A stretch of 64,000 bases of DNA from Rhizobiaceae bacterium (GTDB lineage: Bacteria; Pseudomonadota; Alphaproteobacteria; Rhizobiales; Rhizobiaceae), in the NCBI GenBank assembly GCA_019635755.1, contig JAHBYW010000002.1:627591-691590 (forward strand), written 5' to 3'. How positions within the stretch are numbered: position 1 is the stretch's first letter; each line of letters begins with the position of its first letter. Under the pieces are notes generated by a model. It had not been told where the DNA came from and searched no databases. It worked only from the letters and a program-made list of their open reading frames with translations. The translations under genes were made by a program, and so were the position numbers. This document shows, piece after piece, positions 14,366 to 23,443 of the stretch.

Positions 14366-16018
14366 TCAGCCCTGCATCTCGAAGCGCCGCCGCATGGCGC
14401 GATGCAGGTCGGGCGCAGCCGCCACCAGCGCCTTGCCGGCCTCCGACTGCGGATCGTCCAGCACGTCACGGGTGCGGCCGCGCTCGACGATCCGCCCGTC
14501 ATGCATGATCATCACGTCGTCGGTGATGGCGCGGGCGACGGTCAGGTCGTGGGTGATGAACAGATAGGCGATGCCCAGCCTGTCGTTGAGCTCGGCGAAA
14601 AGATCGAGGATCTGCGCGCGGATCGACACGTCGAGCGCCGAGACCGGCTCGTCGGCGACGATCAGCTTCGGCCGCGTGATCAGCGCGCGCGCGATCGACA
14701 GGCGCTGGCGCTGGCCGCCGGAAAATTCGTGCGGGTACTTGTTCATGTCGGCCGGCGTCAGGCCGACCTCGTGGAGGGCGCGCTGGACCATGTCGCGGCG
14801 CTCGGCGGCGGGGGGCGCCGTCTCCAGCAGGTGAAGCGGCTCGGAGACAAGGCGCTCGACCGTGTGGCGCGGGTTGAACGACCCGTACGGGTCCTGGAAG
14901 ACGACCTGCATGTTGCGCCGGGCGGGGCGCAGTGCCGCCTCGCTCATGTGCGAGACGCGGTCGCCCAGCACGTCGATCGTCCCGGCGGTCGGCCGATCCA
15001 GCGCCAGGATCATGCGGGCCAGCGTCGACTTCCCGCAGCCGGAGCGGCCGACCAGTGCGATGGACTGGCCGGCCTGCATCGAGAAGGACACGTCGTCCAC
15101 CGCGCGCGTCGGCATGCCGGGGCGGAAGAGCGACAGCCGGCGGCCGGGATAGTCGCGGGTGACGGAGGAGACGGTGAGGAGGGTTTTTCCCGGGCTGACG
15201 CGGCCGATCTCCCCCACACGGGGGGAGATCGGCAGCTTCGCCCGCCGCTTCGGCACGTGCATCGACGCCTGCGCCAGCTGGCGCGTGTAGGGGTGGACCT
15301 GTTCCGACAGCGTCTTTGCCGTCTCGCCCGACTCCATCACCTCGCCGTGGCGCATGATGGTGATGCGGTCGGCCATGTCGGTGACGACGGCGAGGTCGTG
15401 CGAGATCAGCAGCAGGCCCATGCGGTTCTCGTGCACCAGGTCCCGCAGCAGGTCGAGGATCTGCGCCTGCAGCACCACGTCCAGCGCCGTGGTCGGCTCG
15501 TCGGCGATCAGCAGCTTCGGTTTCAGCGCGCAGGCGATGGCGATCACCACGCGCTGGCGCTGGCCGCCGGACAGCTCGTGCGGGTAGCGCGACAGCGGGA
15601 ACTTCGAGTCCGGCAGGCCGACGCGGTCGAGTATCTTCCGCGCGGCCTGTTCGGCATCGTGGCGGCTGACGCCGGTGTGCCAGCGGATGCCTTCGGCCAC
15701 CTGCTCGCCGATCGTCTTGACCGGGTTAAGCGCCGTCATCGGCTCCTGGAACACCATGCCGATGTCGTCGCCGCGCAGCTGGCACATCTGCATCTCGTTG
15801 TAGGCGAGGATGTCGGTGCCGGCGAAGGTGATGCGGCCCGCGGCGCGCGCCGTGTCGGGCAGCAGCTGCATGACGGCGAGCGCCGTCATCGACTTGCCCG
15901 ATCCGGATTCGCCCACCAGCCCCATGACCTCGCCGCGCGCGAGCGCCAGGTCGACGTCCCTCAGGATCGGCACGCCGCCGATCGTCACCGACAGGTTCTC
16001 GATCTCCAGCAGGCTCAC
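14366..16018 (-). CDS. Dual-domain ABC transporter ATP-binding protein (DppD-DppF fusion, GsiA-like).
   Basis: The ORF was trimmed to the GTG at about 16018 (VSLLEIENLSV), which overlaps the upstream permease stop (GTGA). It has two complete Walker A / signature / Walker B sets. The 245-aa N-terminal extension in the ORF track is out-of-context low complexity. Confidence 0.8.
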   Translation of the reverse strand: MSLLEIENLSVTIGGVPILRDVDLALARGEVMGLVGESGSGKSMTALAVMQLLPDTARAAGRITFAGTDILAYNEMQMCQLRGDDIGMVFQEPMTALNPVKTIGEQVAEGIRWHTGVSRHDAEQAARKILDRVGLPDSKFPLSRYPHELSGGQRQRVVIAIACALKPKLLIADEPTTALDVVLQAQILDLLRDLVHENRMGLLLISHDLAVVTDMADRITIMRHGEVMESGETAKTLSEQVHPYTRQLAQASMHVPKRRAKLPISPRVGEIGRVSPGKTLLTVSSVTRDYPGRRLSLFRPGMPTRAVDDVSFSMQAGQSIALVGRSGCGKSTLARMILALDRPTAGTIDVLGDRVSHMSEAALRPARRNMQVVFQDPYGSFNPRHTVERLVSEPLHLLETAPPAAERRDMVQRALHEVGLTPADMNKYPHEFSGGQRQRLSIARALITRPKLIVADEPVSALDVSIRAQILDLFAELNDRLGIAYLFITHDLTVARAITDDVMIMHDGRIVERGRTRDVLDDPQSEAGKALVAAAPDLHRAMRRRFEMQG

Positions 16019-16893
16019 TGCCGGCGCCTCAGCTTCGGGTCGAGGATGTCGGCCAGGCCGTCGCCCAGCAGGTTCAGGCCGAGCACGGTGATGACGATGG
16101 CGAAGCCGGGAAAGAGCGCCAGATGCGGGGCGACCATCATGCGCGTCTGCGCGTCGAACAGCATGCGGCCCCAGGACGGCATCGGCGGCTGGGCGCCGAG
16201 GCCGATATAGGCAAGCCCGGCATCGGCCAGGATGCCCAGCGCGAACTGGATCGTGCCCTGCACCAGCAGCAGGTTGGCGATGTTGGGCAGGATGTGCTCG
16301 ACGGTGATCAGCGTGCGCCCCTTGCCGGCGGCGCGGGCGGCGAGGATGAACTCGCGCGGCCACAGCGCCAGCGCTCCGGCGCGGCTGACGCGGGCGAAGA
16401 CCGGGATGTTGAAGATGCCGATGGCGATGATGGCGTTGACCGCGCCGGGGCCGAAGATCGCGGTGATCATGATCGCCGAGAGGAGCGCCGGGAAGGCGAA
16501 GACCAGGTCGTTGAAGCGCATCAGCACCTCGTCGACGATGCCGCCGCGCGCCGCCGCCCAGCAGCCGAGCGGCACGCCGATGCCCATCGCGACCGTGACC
16601 GCCAGCAGCGCGATGGCCAGCGAGGTGCGCGCGCCGACCATGATCATGGAGAGAATGTCGCGGCCGAAATGGTCGGTTCCCAGCCAGTGCGCGGCGCTCG
16701 GCGTCTGCATGCGGTTTTCCACCGGCAGCAGCGTCACGTCGTAGGGCGTCCACACGAAGGAGAGGAGCGCCATCGCCGCGACCAGCACGGTGATGACGAA
16801 TCCGACCAGGAACGACCGGTTGGAGAAGGCCCGGCGGATCAGTCCCGCCACGGTTTCGGCCGGCAGGGCGGGACCGGACGCGGGCGCGCTCAC
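16015..16893 (-). CDS. ABC transporter permease (DppC/OppC family).
   Basis: Trimmed to the GTG at about 16893, which overlaps the DppB-like stop. TM segments and an EAA-type loop (AARAAGKGRTLITVEHILPN) are present. Confidence 0.75.
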   Translation of the reverse strand: MSAPASGPALPAETVAGLIRRAFSNRSFLVGFVITVLVAAMALLSFVWTPYDVTLLPVENRMQTPSAAHWLGTDHFGRDILSMIMVGARTSLAIALLAVTVAMGIGVPLGCWAAARGGIVDEVLMRFNDLVFAFPALLSAIMITAIFGPGAVNAIIAIGIFNIPVFARVSRAGALALWPREFILAARAAGKGRTLITVEHILPNIANLLLVQGTIQFALGILADAGLAYIGLGAQPPMPSWGRMLFDAQTRMMVAPHLALFPGFAIVITVLGLNLLGDGLADILDPKLRRRQ

Positions 16894-17837
16894 CGGCGGA
16901 CCCTGACGCGCGGGTCGACGATGGCGTAGGAGACGTCGACGACGAAGTTGATGACGATGACGGCGGCGATCAGCACCATGACCACGCCCTCGACGACGAT
17001 CAGGTCGCGCTGGGTTATGGCCTGCAGGACGAGACGGCCGAGGCCGGGCAGGTAGAACACGTTCTCGATGATGATCACGCCGGCGAGCAGGAAGGCGAAC
17101 TGCAGCCCGACGATGGTGAGCACGGGGATGAGCGCGTTGGGCAGCGCATGGCGCCACAGCACCGTGCCGCGCGGCATGCCCTTGGCGCGCGCCGTGCGGA
17201 TGTAGTCCTCGTTCAGCACCTCGATCAGCGCCGAGCGCGTCACCCGGGTCAGCACCGCGGCCAGCGACAGCGCCAGGGCCAGCGCCGGAACCAGCAGCGA
17301 CTTGATGGCCGGCCAGACGCCGGCCCCCCAGCCCGGGAAGCCGCCGGCCGGCACGAGGCGCAGCCAGACGGAGAAGACGTAGATGAGGATGAGCGCGAAC
17401 CAGAAGTTGGGGATCGCCAGGCCGACCTGCGCGGCGCCGGTGGCCAGCGTGTCGCCGATGCGGCCGCGGCGCGAAGCGGCGAAGATGCCGACGGGGATCG
17501 AGATCGCGGTGGCGAGCAGCATTGCCATCAGCGCCAGCGGCAGCGAGACGACGGCGCGCTCCGCCACCAGTTCGCTGACCGGCACGGAATAGGTGTAGGA
17601 GCGCCCGAGGTCGAAGGTGAGCAGGCCCGTCGACCAGTCGACGTAGCGCTCGAGCATCGGCTTGTTGAGCCCGAGCTGCTCGCGCACGACCTGCACCGCG
17701 TCCTCCGTCGCGTTCATGCCGAGCATGATGCGCGCCGGGTCGCCCGGCAGGATCTCCAGGATCGAGAAGACGACGATCGAAGCGACCACCAGCGTGGCGA
17801 AGCCGATCACCAGCCGGTTGAGCAGGTAGGCGGTCAT
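16890..17837 (-). CDS. ABC transporter permease (DppB/OppB family).
   Basis: 315 aa. The start MTAYLLNRLVIGFATLVVASIVVFSILEILPGDPA is canonical for DppB. Confidence 0.8.
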   Translation of the reverse strand: MTAYLLNRLVIGFATLVVASIVVFSILEILPGDPARIMLGMNATEDAVQVVREQLGLNKPMLERYVDWSTGLLTFDLGRSYTYSVPVSELVAERAVVSLPLALMAMLLATAISIPVGIFAASRRGRIGDTLATGAAQVGLAIPNFWFALILIYVFSVWLRLVPAGGFPGWGAGVWPAIKSLLVPALALALSLAAVLTRVTRSALIEVLNEDYIRTARAKGMPRGTVLWRHALPNALIPVLTIVGLQFAFLLAGVIIIENVFYLPGLGRLVLQAITQRDLIVVEGVVMVLIAAVIVINFVVDVSYAIVDPRVRVRR

Positions 17838-17849
17838 GCGATTGCCGAT

Positions 17850-17977
17850 CCCTCCCCCTTGAGGGGAGGGTGGCCCGCAGGGCCGGGTGGGGGCGAGGCA
17901 ACTGACTGCGGCATACCTATCGTCGGCAACCCCACCCGCCTCGCTGCGCTCGGCACCCTCCCTTCAAGGGGGAGGGA
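17850..17977. repeat. Mosaic GC-rich palindromic element, type A. It fills the spacer between the SBP gene and the first permease gene.
   Basis: CCCTCCCCCTTGAGGGGAGGG + GGGTGGGGG ... CCCCACCC + CCCTCCCTTCAAGGGGGAGGG. The architecture matches 1667-1832. Confidence 0.7.
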
Positions 17978-17990
17978 ACGCCGCTCCGCG

Positions 17991-19472
17991 CTAGTCCACC
18001 CATTTCACCTTGGTCAGGTCGTTGGCCTGGATCGGGGAGTTTTCCCACAGGCCCTCGACCTTTGCGTCCCAGATGCCGACCTTGGGCAGTTCGAAGAGCC
18101 AGCCGTTGACCGCGTCGTCGGCGAGGATCTTCTGCGCCTGCTTGTAGAGCTCGTCGCGCTTGGCCTGGTCGGCGGTCACGTCGAGGTCGGCGATCACCTT
18201 GTCGAACGCCGGGTTGTCGTAGTTGAAGTAGTAGTCCTTGCGCGCATAGATGCCGATGTCGTTCGGCTCGGTGTGCGACACGATCGTCAGGTCGTAGTCC
18301 TTCTGCTTGAAGACGCTGTCCAGCCACTGCGCCCACTCGACCGGGATGATCTCGAGCTCGATGCCGATCTCGCGCAGATTGGCCGCGACCACTTGGCCGC
18401 CGTCGCGCGCATAGCCGACCGGCGGAAGCTTCAGGGTCGCCTTGAAGCCGTTCTCCAGCCCGGCCTCCTTCAGCAGTTCCTTGGCCTTCGCAATGTCGTG
18501 CGGGTAGGTGCCCGTCAGGTCGACATAGGCGGCGTTGGCGGGCGAGAAATGCGAGCCGATCGGAACGCCGAGGCCGGACGAGCCGGCCGTGATGATCGCC
18601 TGCCGGTCGAGCGCGTGAGCAATCGCCTGGCGGACCTTCAGGTTGTCGAAGGGCGGCTTCTTGTTGTTGGTCGACAGGATGGTCTCGCCTTCGGTCGCGC
18701 CGATCACAACCTTGAAGCGCGGATCGGACTGGATCTGGGCCAGCGCGTCGCCGACATTGTAGTTCGGCAGCGCCTGCACGTCGCCCGACAGGATGGCCGG
18801 AACGGCCGCGGCTGCGTCCGGGATGATGCGGAATTCGGCCTTGTCCAGCGCCACCGGCTCGCCCCAGTAGTCGGGGTTCTTGACGATGGTAACCGACGAG
18901 CCCTTCGCCCAGTTGTCGAACTTGAAGGGGCCGGTGCCGATCGGGTTCGACTTGTTGCCGTCGGCCGATTTCGGATCGACGATCACCGCGTCGCCCCAGC
19001 CCATATTGTAGAGGAAGGAGCCCTGCGGCTGCTTCAGCGTGACCTTGACGGTGGCCGGGTCGACGGCCTCGACCGTGTCGATCTGCGCGAACAGGCCCTT
19101 CTGGGCGTTGGTCGAGGTCTCGCCGCGTGCGCGGTCGAGCGAGAAGACCACGTCGGAGGCGTCGAAGGCCTCGCCGTCATGGAATTTCACGCCGGTGTGC
19201 AGCTTGAACGTATAGGTCTTGCCGTCGTCGGAGACGGTCCAGCTTTCGGCCAGCGCCGGCAGCACCTCGCCGCCGGAGCCGATCCGGGTCAGGCCCTCGA
19301 AGACGTTGGCGTAGACGATCTCGTCGACAGCGGCGGCAGCTTCGGCCGTCGGGTCGAGGCTCGGCGGCTCGAGCGGCACGCCCAGCACGAGGTCGGTGCG
19401 CGCGGCGAGCGCGGCGGTGGTCGTAGCGAGCGCGATCGCGGTCGCCGCGAGAATGGACTTCCACGGTTTCAT
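17991..19472 (-). CDS. ABC transporter substrate-binding protein, family 5 (peptide/nickel/opine type).
   Basis: Trimmed to the ATG at about 19472 (MKPWKSILAATAIALATTTAALA signal peptide). DppA-like homology runs throughout. Confidence 0.8.
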   Translation of the reverse strand: MKPWKSILAATAIALATTTAALAARTDLVLGVPLEPPSLDPTAEAAAAVDEIVYANVFEGLTRIGSGGEVLPALAESWTVSDDGKTYTFKLHTGVKFHDGEAFDASDVVFSLDRARGETSTNAQKGLFAQIDTVEAVDPATVKVTLKQPQGSFLYNMGWGDAVIVDPKSADGNKSNPIGTGPFKFDNWAKGSSVTIVKNPDYWGEPVALDKAEFRIIPDAAAAVPAILSGDVQALPNYNVGDALAQIQSDPRFKVVIGATEGETILSTNNKKPPFDNLKVRQAIAHALDRQAIITAGSSGLGVPIGSHFSPANAAYVDLTGTYPHDIAKAKELLKEAGLENGFKATLKLPPVGYARDGGQVVAANLREIGIELEIIPVEWAQWLDSVFKQKDYDLTIVSHTEPNDIGIYARKDYYFNYDNPAFDKVIADLDVTADQAKRDELYKQAQKILADDAVNGWLFELPKVGIWDAKVEGLWENSPIQANDLTKVKWVD

Positions 19473-19676
19473 GATGACGGACTCCCGTTTGCCTGCTTGT
19501 TGGCGCGGATTGAAGCGCGAAAACGGGCGGGAGTAAATCAGCTTGTTTTGCAAGGCTTCTGCGCGGCGGGGAATAGAATGCCAACGGCCGGTCCGCCCGG
19601 CGAACGCTTCGCGTGCGAAGCGAAAAGGGCCGCCGCGACGCCGCGGCGGCCCTTTGAACCTGTCAGCGCGGACTGG

Positions 19677-20108
19677 TCAGCGGTTCACGACGATCTTGAC
19701 GTTCTTCAGCCCGACGCGCTGCGCCATGCCGTAGAGGATCGCGGCGTTCGACGGATGCAGACGGATGCAGCCGGCCGATGCCGGGCGCCCGAGCTTGCCC
19801 GTCTGCACGGTGCCGTGCACGGCATAGTTGCCGCTGTAGAAGATGGAATAGGGCATCGGCGCGCCGCCATAGCGGCTCGACCGGTGATTCTTGGACAGCC
19901 ACTTGGCCTTCCAGGCACCCGTCGGCGTGACCTTGCCGGCACGCGCGGTGGAAACCTTCCAGCGATATTTGACGAAGCCGTTCTGCGTGACGGTCATGGT
20001 CTGCGTCGAGATGTCGACGCTGGCGACGACCGATGCGGCCGATGCGCCGACCGGCGAGAGGAACGCCAAGCTTCCCGCGAGAAGCGCCAGCGCAGCAAAA
20101 CGTTTCAT
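19677..20108 (-). CDS. L,D-transpeptidase (YkuD domain), secreted.
   Basis: Trimmed to the ATG at about 20108 (MKRFAALALLAGSLAFLSPVGASA signal peptide). The catalytic HG(T)...SAGCIRL motif is present. Confidence 0.75.
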   Translation of the reverse strand: MKRFAALALLAGSLAFLSPVGASAASVVASVDISTQTMTVTQNGFVKYRWKVSTARAGKVTPTGAWKAKWLSKNHRSSRYGGAPMPYSIFYSGNYAVHGTVQTGKLGRPASAGCIRLHPSNAAILYGMAQRVGLKNVKIVVNR

Positions 20109-20284
20109 GATCCCAGCCCTCATTGCCCAACGATAGAAGTTGCCCGATCGTGATTGCTCACGATTGCCGATCAGCAAAATCCAACTCGTGCCGGTTGTAC
20201 AGGGGCGGATGCGATCTTTGGTAAACCGTTCGGTGACAAATCGCTGAAATCAGGCGGCTTTTCGCCATTGGGCGACGCTTTTGC

Positions 20285-21565
20285 TCACGCCCTGATGCGG
20301 CCTCGCAACAGTACGTCGAGGCCGACGGCCATCACCTTCGCGGACTGCACCATGTCCTCGATGCCGACCCATTCGTCGGGCCGGTGGGCGAGGTCGAGGA
20401 TGCCGGGACCGTAGGCGATGCAGTCGTAGACGTGCCCGATGCGGGCGATGTGTTTCTGGTCGTAGGTGCCGGGCGAGATGACATAGGCGGGCTCGCGGTC
20501 GAACACGGCGCGGATGCCCTCGGCAACGGCGCCGACGACCGGCGCGTCGCGCTCCGTCATCAGCGGCTGCACCTCCATGATGTCGCGGATCGCATAGTCG
20601 AACTTCGGCCGCTCGCGCTTCAGGCGGTCGAGGATGCCGGTGACCTCGCCCTTCACGTCGGCGATGTTCTCCTCGAGCAGGAAGCGGCGGTCGATCGTCA
20701 GCCGGCAGGAGTCTGGCACGTTGGGCGAGGGCAGTCCCGGCCGGAAGTCTTCCGTCTGGCCGCCATGGATCCCGTTGATGTTCAGCGTCGAGCGCCGGGC
20801 GCCTTCCGGCACCACAGGCATCGTGGTCTGCTTGGCGTCCAGCGCCGGGAACAGGTGTCGCTCGAAGGCGGCGATGACGGCGCCCATATGGCGCACCGCG
20901 CAGTCGCCGAGGAAGGGCATCGAGCCATGCGCGATCTCGCCCCTGGTCTCGATCTCGGCCCACCAGACGCCGCGGTGGCCGAGACAGATGCGGTCCTTGT
21001 TGAGCGGCTCGGGGATGATGACGTGGTCGACGCGCGGCTTCGAGAAGTAGCCCTTGCGCGCCAGATAGGCGACGCCGCCGAAGCCGCCGGATTCCTCGTC
21101 CACGGTGCCGGAAATCTCGATGGCGCCCGGAAAGTCCGGATTGACCTCCATGAAGGCGTCGGCCGCGATGATCGACGCCGCCAGCCCGCCCTTCATGTCG
21201 CAGGCGCCGCGGCCATACACCCGTCCGTCGCGAACCAGCCCGCCGAACGGGTCCACAGTCCAGCCTTCGCCGGCTTCCACCACGTCGATGTGGGAGTTGA
21301 AGTGCACGGTGGGTCCGGGCGTGCGCCCGTCGAAGCGGGCGACGACGTTGGTGCGCGGATAGCGGTCGGTGTCGCCCGGCGTGCCTTCGCCGCGAATCAA
21401 TTCAACGCCGTAGCCGCGCTTCTTCAGCCGCGCCGCGATGTATTCCGCGCACGGGGTATAGGCTTCCCCGGGCGGATTGACGGTCGGGAAGCGGATGAGG
21501 TCGGCGGTCAGCTGGACGAGGTCGTCGGTGCGCGCCTCGACCGCGTGGAAGAGCTTGTCATGCAT
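20285..21565 (-). CDS. M20-family metallopeptidase (ArgE/DapE/Acy1-like).
   Basis: Trimmed to the ATG at about 21565 (MHDKLFHAVEART...). The metal-binding motifs HIDVV, GACDMKGG and DEESGG are present. The 81-aa N-terminal extension is unlikely to be translated. Confidence 0.75.
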   Translation of the reverse strand: MHDKLFHAVEARTDDLVQLTADLIRFPTVNPPGEAYTPCAEYIAARLKKRGYGVELIRGEGTPGDTDRYPRTNVVARFDGRTPGPTVHFNSHIDVVEAGEGWTVDPFGGLVRDGRVYGRGACDMKGGLAASIIAADAFMEVNPDFPGAIEISGTVDEESGGFGGVAYLARKGYFSKPRVDHVIIPEPLNKDRICLGHRGVWWAEIETRGEIAHGSMPFLGDCAVRHMGAVIAAFERHLFPALDAKQTTMPVVPEGARRSTLNINGIHGGQTEDFRPGLPSPNVPDSCRLTIDRRFLLEENIADVKGEVTGILDRLKRERPKFDYAIRDIMEVQPLMTERDAPVVGAVAEGIRAVFDREPAYVISPGTYDQKHIARIGHVYDCIAYGPGILDLAHRPDEWVGIEDMVQSAKVMAVGLDVLLRGRIRA

Positions 21566-21624
21566 GGCGCGATTGAGCAGCGAACGCGGCCGGTTGGCAA
21601 GGCGGTTTCGCCGCGAGGCGTGCG

Positions 21625-22614
21625 CTAGAGGATGAAGTCGTGCGAACCCATCCCGTGGATCTTCGATATGCTGGGCACCGTCAAATATAGCTCTACGTCG
21701 GCTACACCGTTTCCGTCGGTGTCGCCTTGGACCACAACCTCGTTTCCAATCAAGAATTCGTAGCGCAATTCTCCGGGGGTGCCCGAGAAGTTGCCCTGGC
21801 TGATCCACGTAAATGCCTGATTGCCTCGAAGCGTTGTGTTGGCGTCGATGCGGCTTAGATCGATGAAATCCGGCTTGTCGGCTGGTCCGACCCAGATATG
21901 CGCTTGGAAGTCATGGATGAAACCGATCTTGCGCGTCGCATCGAAAATGAAGGTGTCCGAGCCTGTACCGCCCCAGCCGCTACCCCAGATCTTGTCGTTA
22001 CCCGGGCCGCCGTTGAGGTAGTTCGCTCCGCGGCCGCCATCCAGTTCGTCGTCTCCGGCACCGCCATAGAGGATGTCATTGCCGTTGCCCCCAAGAAGGA
22101 TGTCGTGCCCGTTGCCGCCGAACAGGCGGTCGTTGCCCAAGCCGCCAAGCAGAACGTCATTCCCGTTGCCACCGTACAGCCAGTCATTGCCCTTGTCGCC
22201 GAAGAGGGTGTCGTGGCCGCCATAGCCGAACATCTTGTCGTTGCCGCCGAACCCCCACAGAAAATCGCGACCCGACCAGCCCTTCATCACGTCGTGACCG
22301 GCGAAGATGTTCTCGATGGCGCGCGCCTGGCTCACCTCGAAGACCTTCCGGCCGAGCAGGCTCAGCCCGGAAATCTTCTCGAACACCTTGGTGTCGGCTG
22401 CGTTCGTCCGCGTGATCGACTTGATGACGCCCGAACCGTCGCTGCCGTCGGCGCTGAACCCGCTCCCGTAGAAGTGGGTGTGCGTACCGTCCCCGTTGCG
22501 GAAGATCAGGTGTTTCGACGTCGATCCCTGCAGGGGATCGCCGAGAACGCGAACGACATTCATCCAGGGGACGGACGGCGAGCCTAGGACTTGGAAATGC
22601 CTGTAGAGTGCCAT
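21625..22614 (-). CDS. Small RTX-type calcium-binding protein (hemolysin-type nonapeptide repeats), NodO-like, a likely T1SS substrate.
   Basis: Trimmed to the ATG at about 22614 (MALYRHF...). There are seven or more GGxGxDxL repeats (GGNGNDVLLGGLGNDRLFGGNGHDILLGGNGNDILYGGAGDDELDGG). No N-terminal signal peptide is present. Local GC is clearly lower than in flanking DNA. Confidence 0.7.
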   Translation of the reverse strand: MALYRHFQVLGSPSVPWMNVVRVLGDPLQGSTSKHLIFRNGDGTHTHFYGSGFSADGSDGSGVIKSITRTNAADTKVFEKISGLSLLGRKVFEVSQARAIENIFAGHDVMKGWSGRDFLWGFGGNDKMFGYGGHDTLFGDKGNDWLYGGNGNDVLLGGLGNDRLFGGNGHDILLGGNGNDILYGGAGDDELDGGRGANYLNGGPGNDKIWGSGWGGTGSDTFIFDATRKIGFIHDFQAHIWVGPADKPDFIDLSRIDANTTLRGNQAFTWISQGNFSGTPGELRYEFLIGNEVVVQGDTDGNGVADVELYLTVPSISKIHGMGSHDFIL

Positions 22615-22863
22615 GATCAACCCCGCCCGAATCGTCCGTTGCGTAACATGTGAGGTTTTCTCCCGGCAAGCTGGTCCTTTCGCTATCGGCGGCATTGCGC
22701 GCATGAGTTGCACGGCCGCAACGATCACGCGGATTCTACCGGACCCGCCGGATTTCCGGCGCTAATCTGGACTGCGGTCCTGTAGGGTCCATCAGGCAGG
22801 GATTCACGTCGCGTTCACCAATCCGGTCCAACGTGACGGCAACCGGGCAATTCGGGGTTCAGC

Positions 22864-23295
22864 ATGAAGAGAGCACTCCTTTTCGCAGCCGCGCTGGCGG
22901 CGGCAATCGTCGGGTCGGTCGCATCGGGGTCGGCTGCGGCGTTGGTCGCCACGGTCGACGTGGGCAACCAGAAGATGACCGTGACCAGGCACGGACAGGT
23001 CATCTACGAGTGGGACGTGTCGACCGCGCGGCGCGGCTACATCACGCCGCGCGGCGAGTGGCGGCCCTACCGCCAGCACGTCATGTGGCGGTCGCGCAAA
23101 TACGACAACGCGCCGATGCCCTACGCCGTCTTCTACCATGCCGGCTACGCCATCCACGGCACGACGGCCGTCGGTCGCCTCGGCACGCCGGCCTCGCATG
23201 GCTGCGTCCGGCTGATGACGTCCAACGCCAAGATCTTCCACGATCTCGTCAAGGAGATCGGCCCAGGCAACACACGCGTGGTCGTGATCAACTGA
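22864..23295 (+). CDS. L,D-transpeptidase (YkuD domain), secreted. It is a paralog of the 19677-20108 gene in inverted orientation.
   Basis: 143 aa. Signal peptide MKRALLFAAALAAAIVGSVASGSAAA, catalytic HG.T....SHGCVRL. It is about 50% identical by eye to the other LDT. Confidence 0.75.
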   Translation: MKRALLFAAALAAAIVGSVASGSAAALVATVDVGNQKMTVTRHGQVIYEWDVSTARRGYITPRGEWRPYRQHVMWRSRKYDNAPMPYAVFYHAGYAIHGTTAVGRLGTPASHGCVRLMTSNAKIFHDLVKEIGPGNTRVVVIN

Positions 23296-23443
23296 CGGCA
23301 TCTTCCAGGGCTTGAACGGAGCGCCGGCGCGAACGCCGGCGTTTCCTTTTCCAGCGCCTGCGCTGGGTCGGCGTCGCGCGTCGCCTGCGCCATTTCCTTC
23401 GCCGGAAGTCCCCGATAAGACTCGGGCCGCGAGGAACAGCCCG

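Noticed and set aside
16019-16753. 245-aa N-terminal extension of the fused ABC ATPase ORF
   Set aside because: The extension is His/Arg/Gly-rich nonsense overlapping the permease gene in another frame. A GTG start at about 16018 overlaps the permease stop (GTGA), which is the usual coupling.
17148-20153. 1001-aa plus-strand ORF across the dpp permease, SBP and LDT genes
   Set aside because: It is antisense to three confident minus-strand genes and is low-complexity Arg/Gly/Asp-rich. The same judgement applies to 40007-42721(+), 49039-52092(-), 55233-58385(-), 60506-63982(-) and 10266-12149(-).
23312-23443. Possible Tat leader (GRRRASPAPFP) upstream of the molybdoenzyme start
   Set aside because: There is no S/TRRxFLK consensus and no hydrophobic h-region. 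The ATG at 23444 has a good SD. So the catalytic subunit appears to lack a Tat signal.
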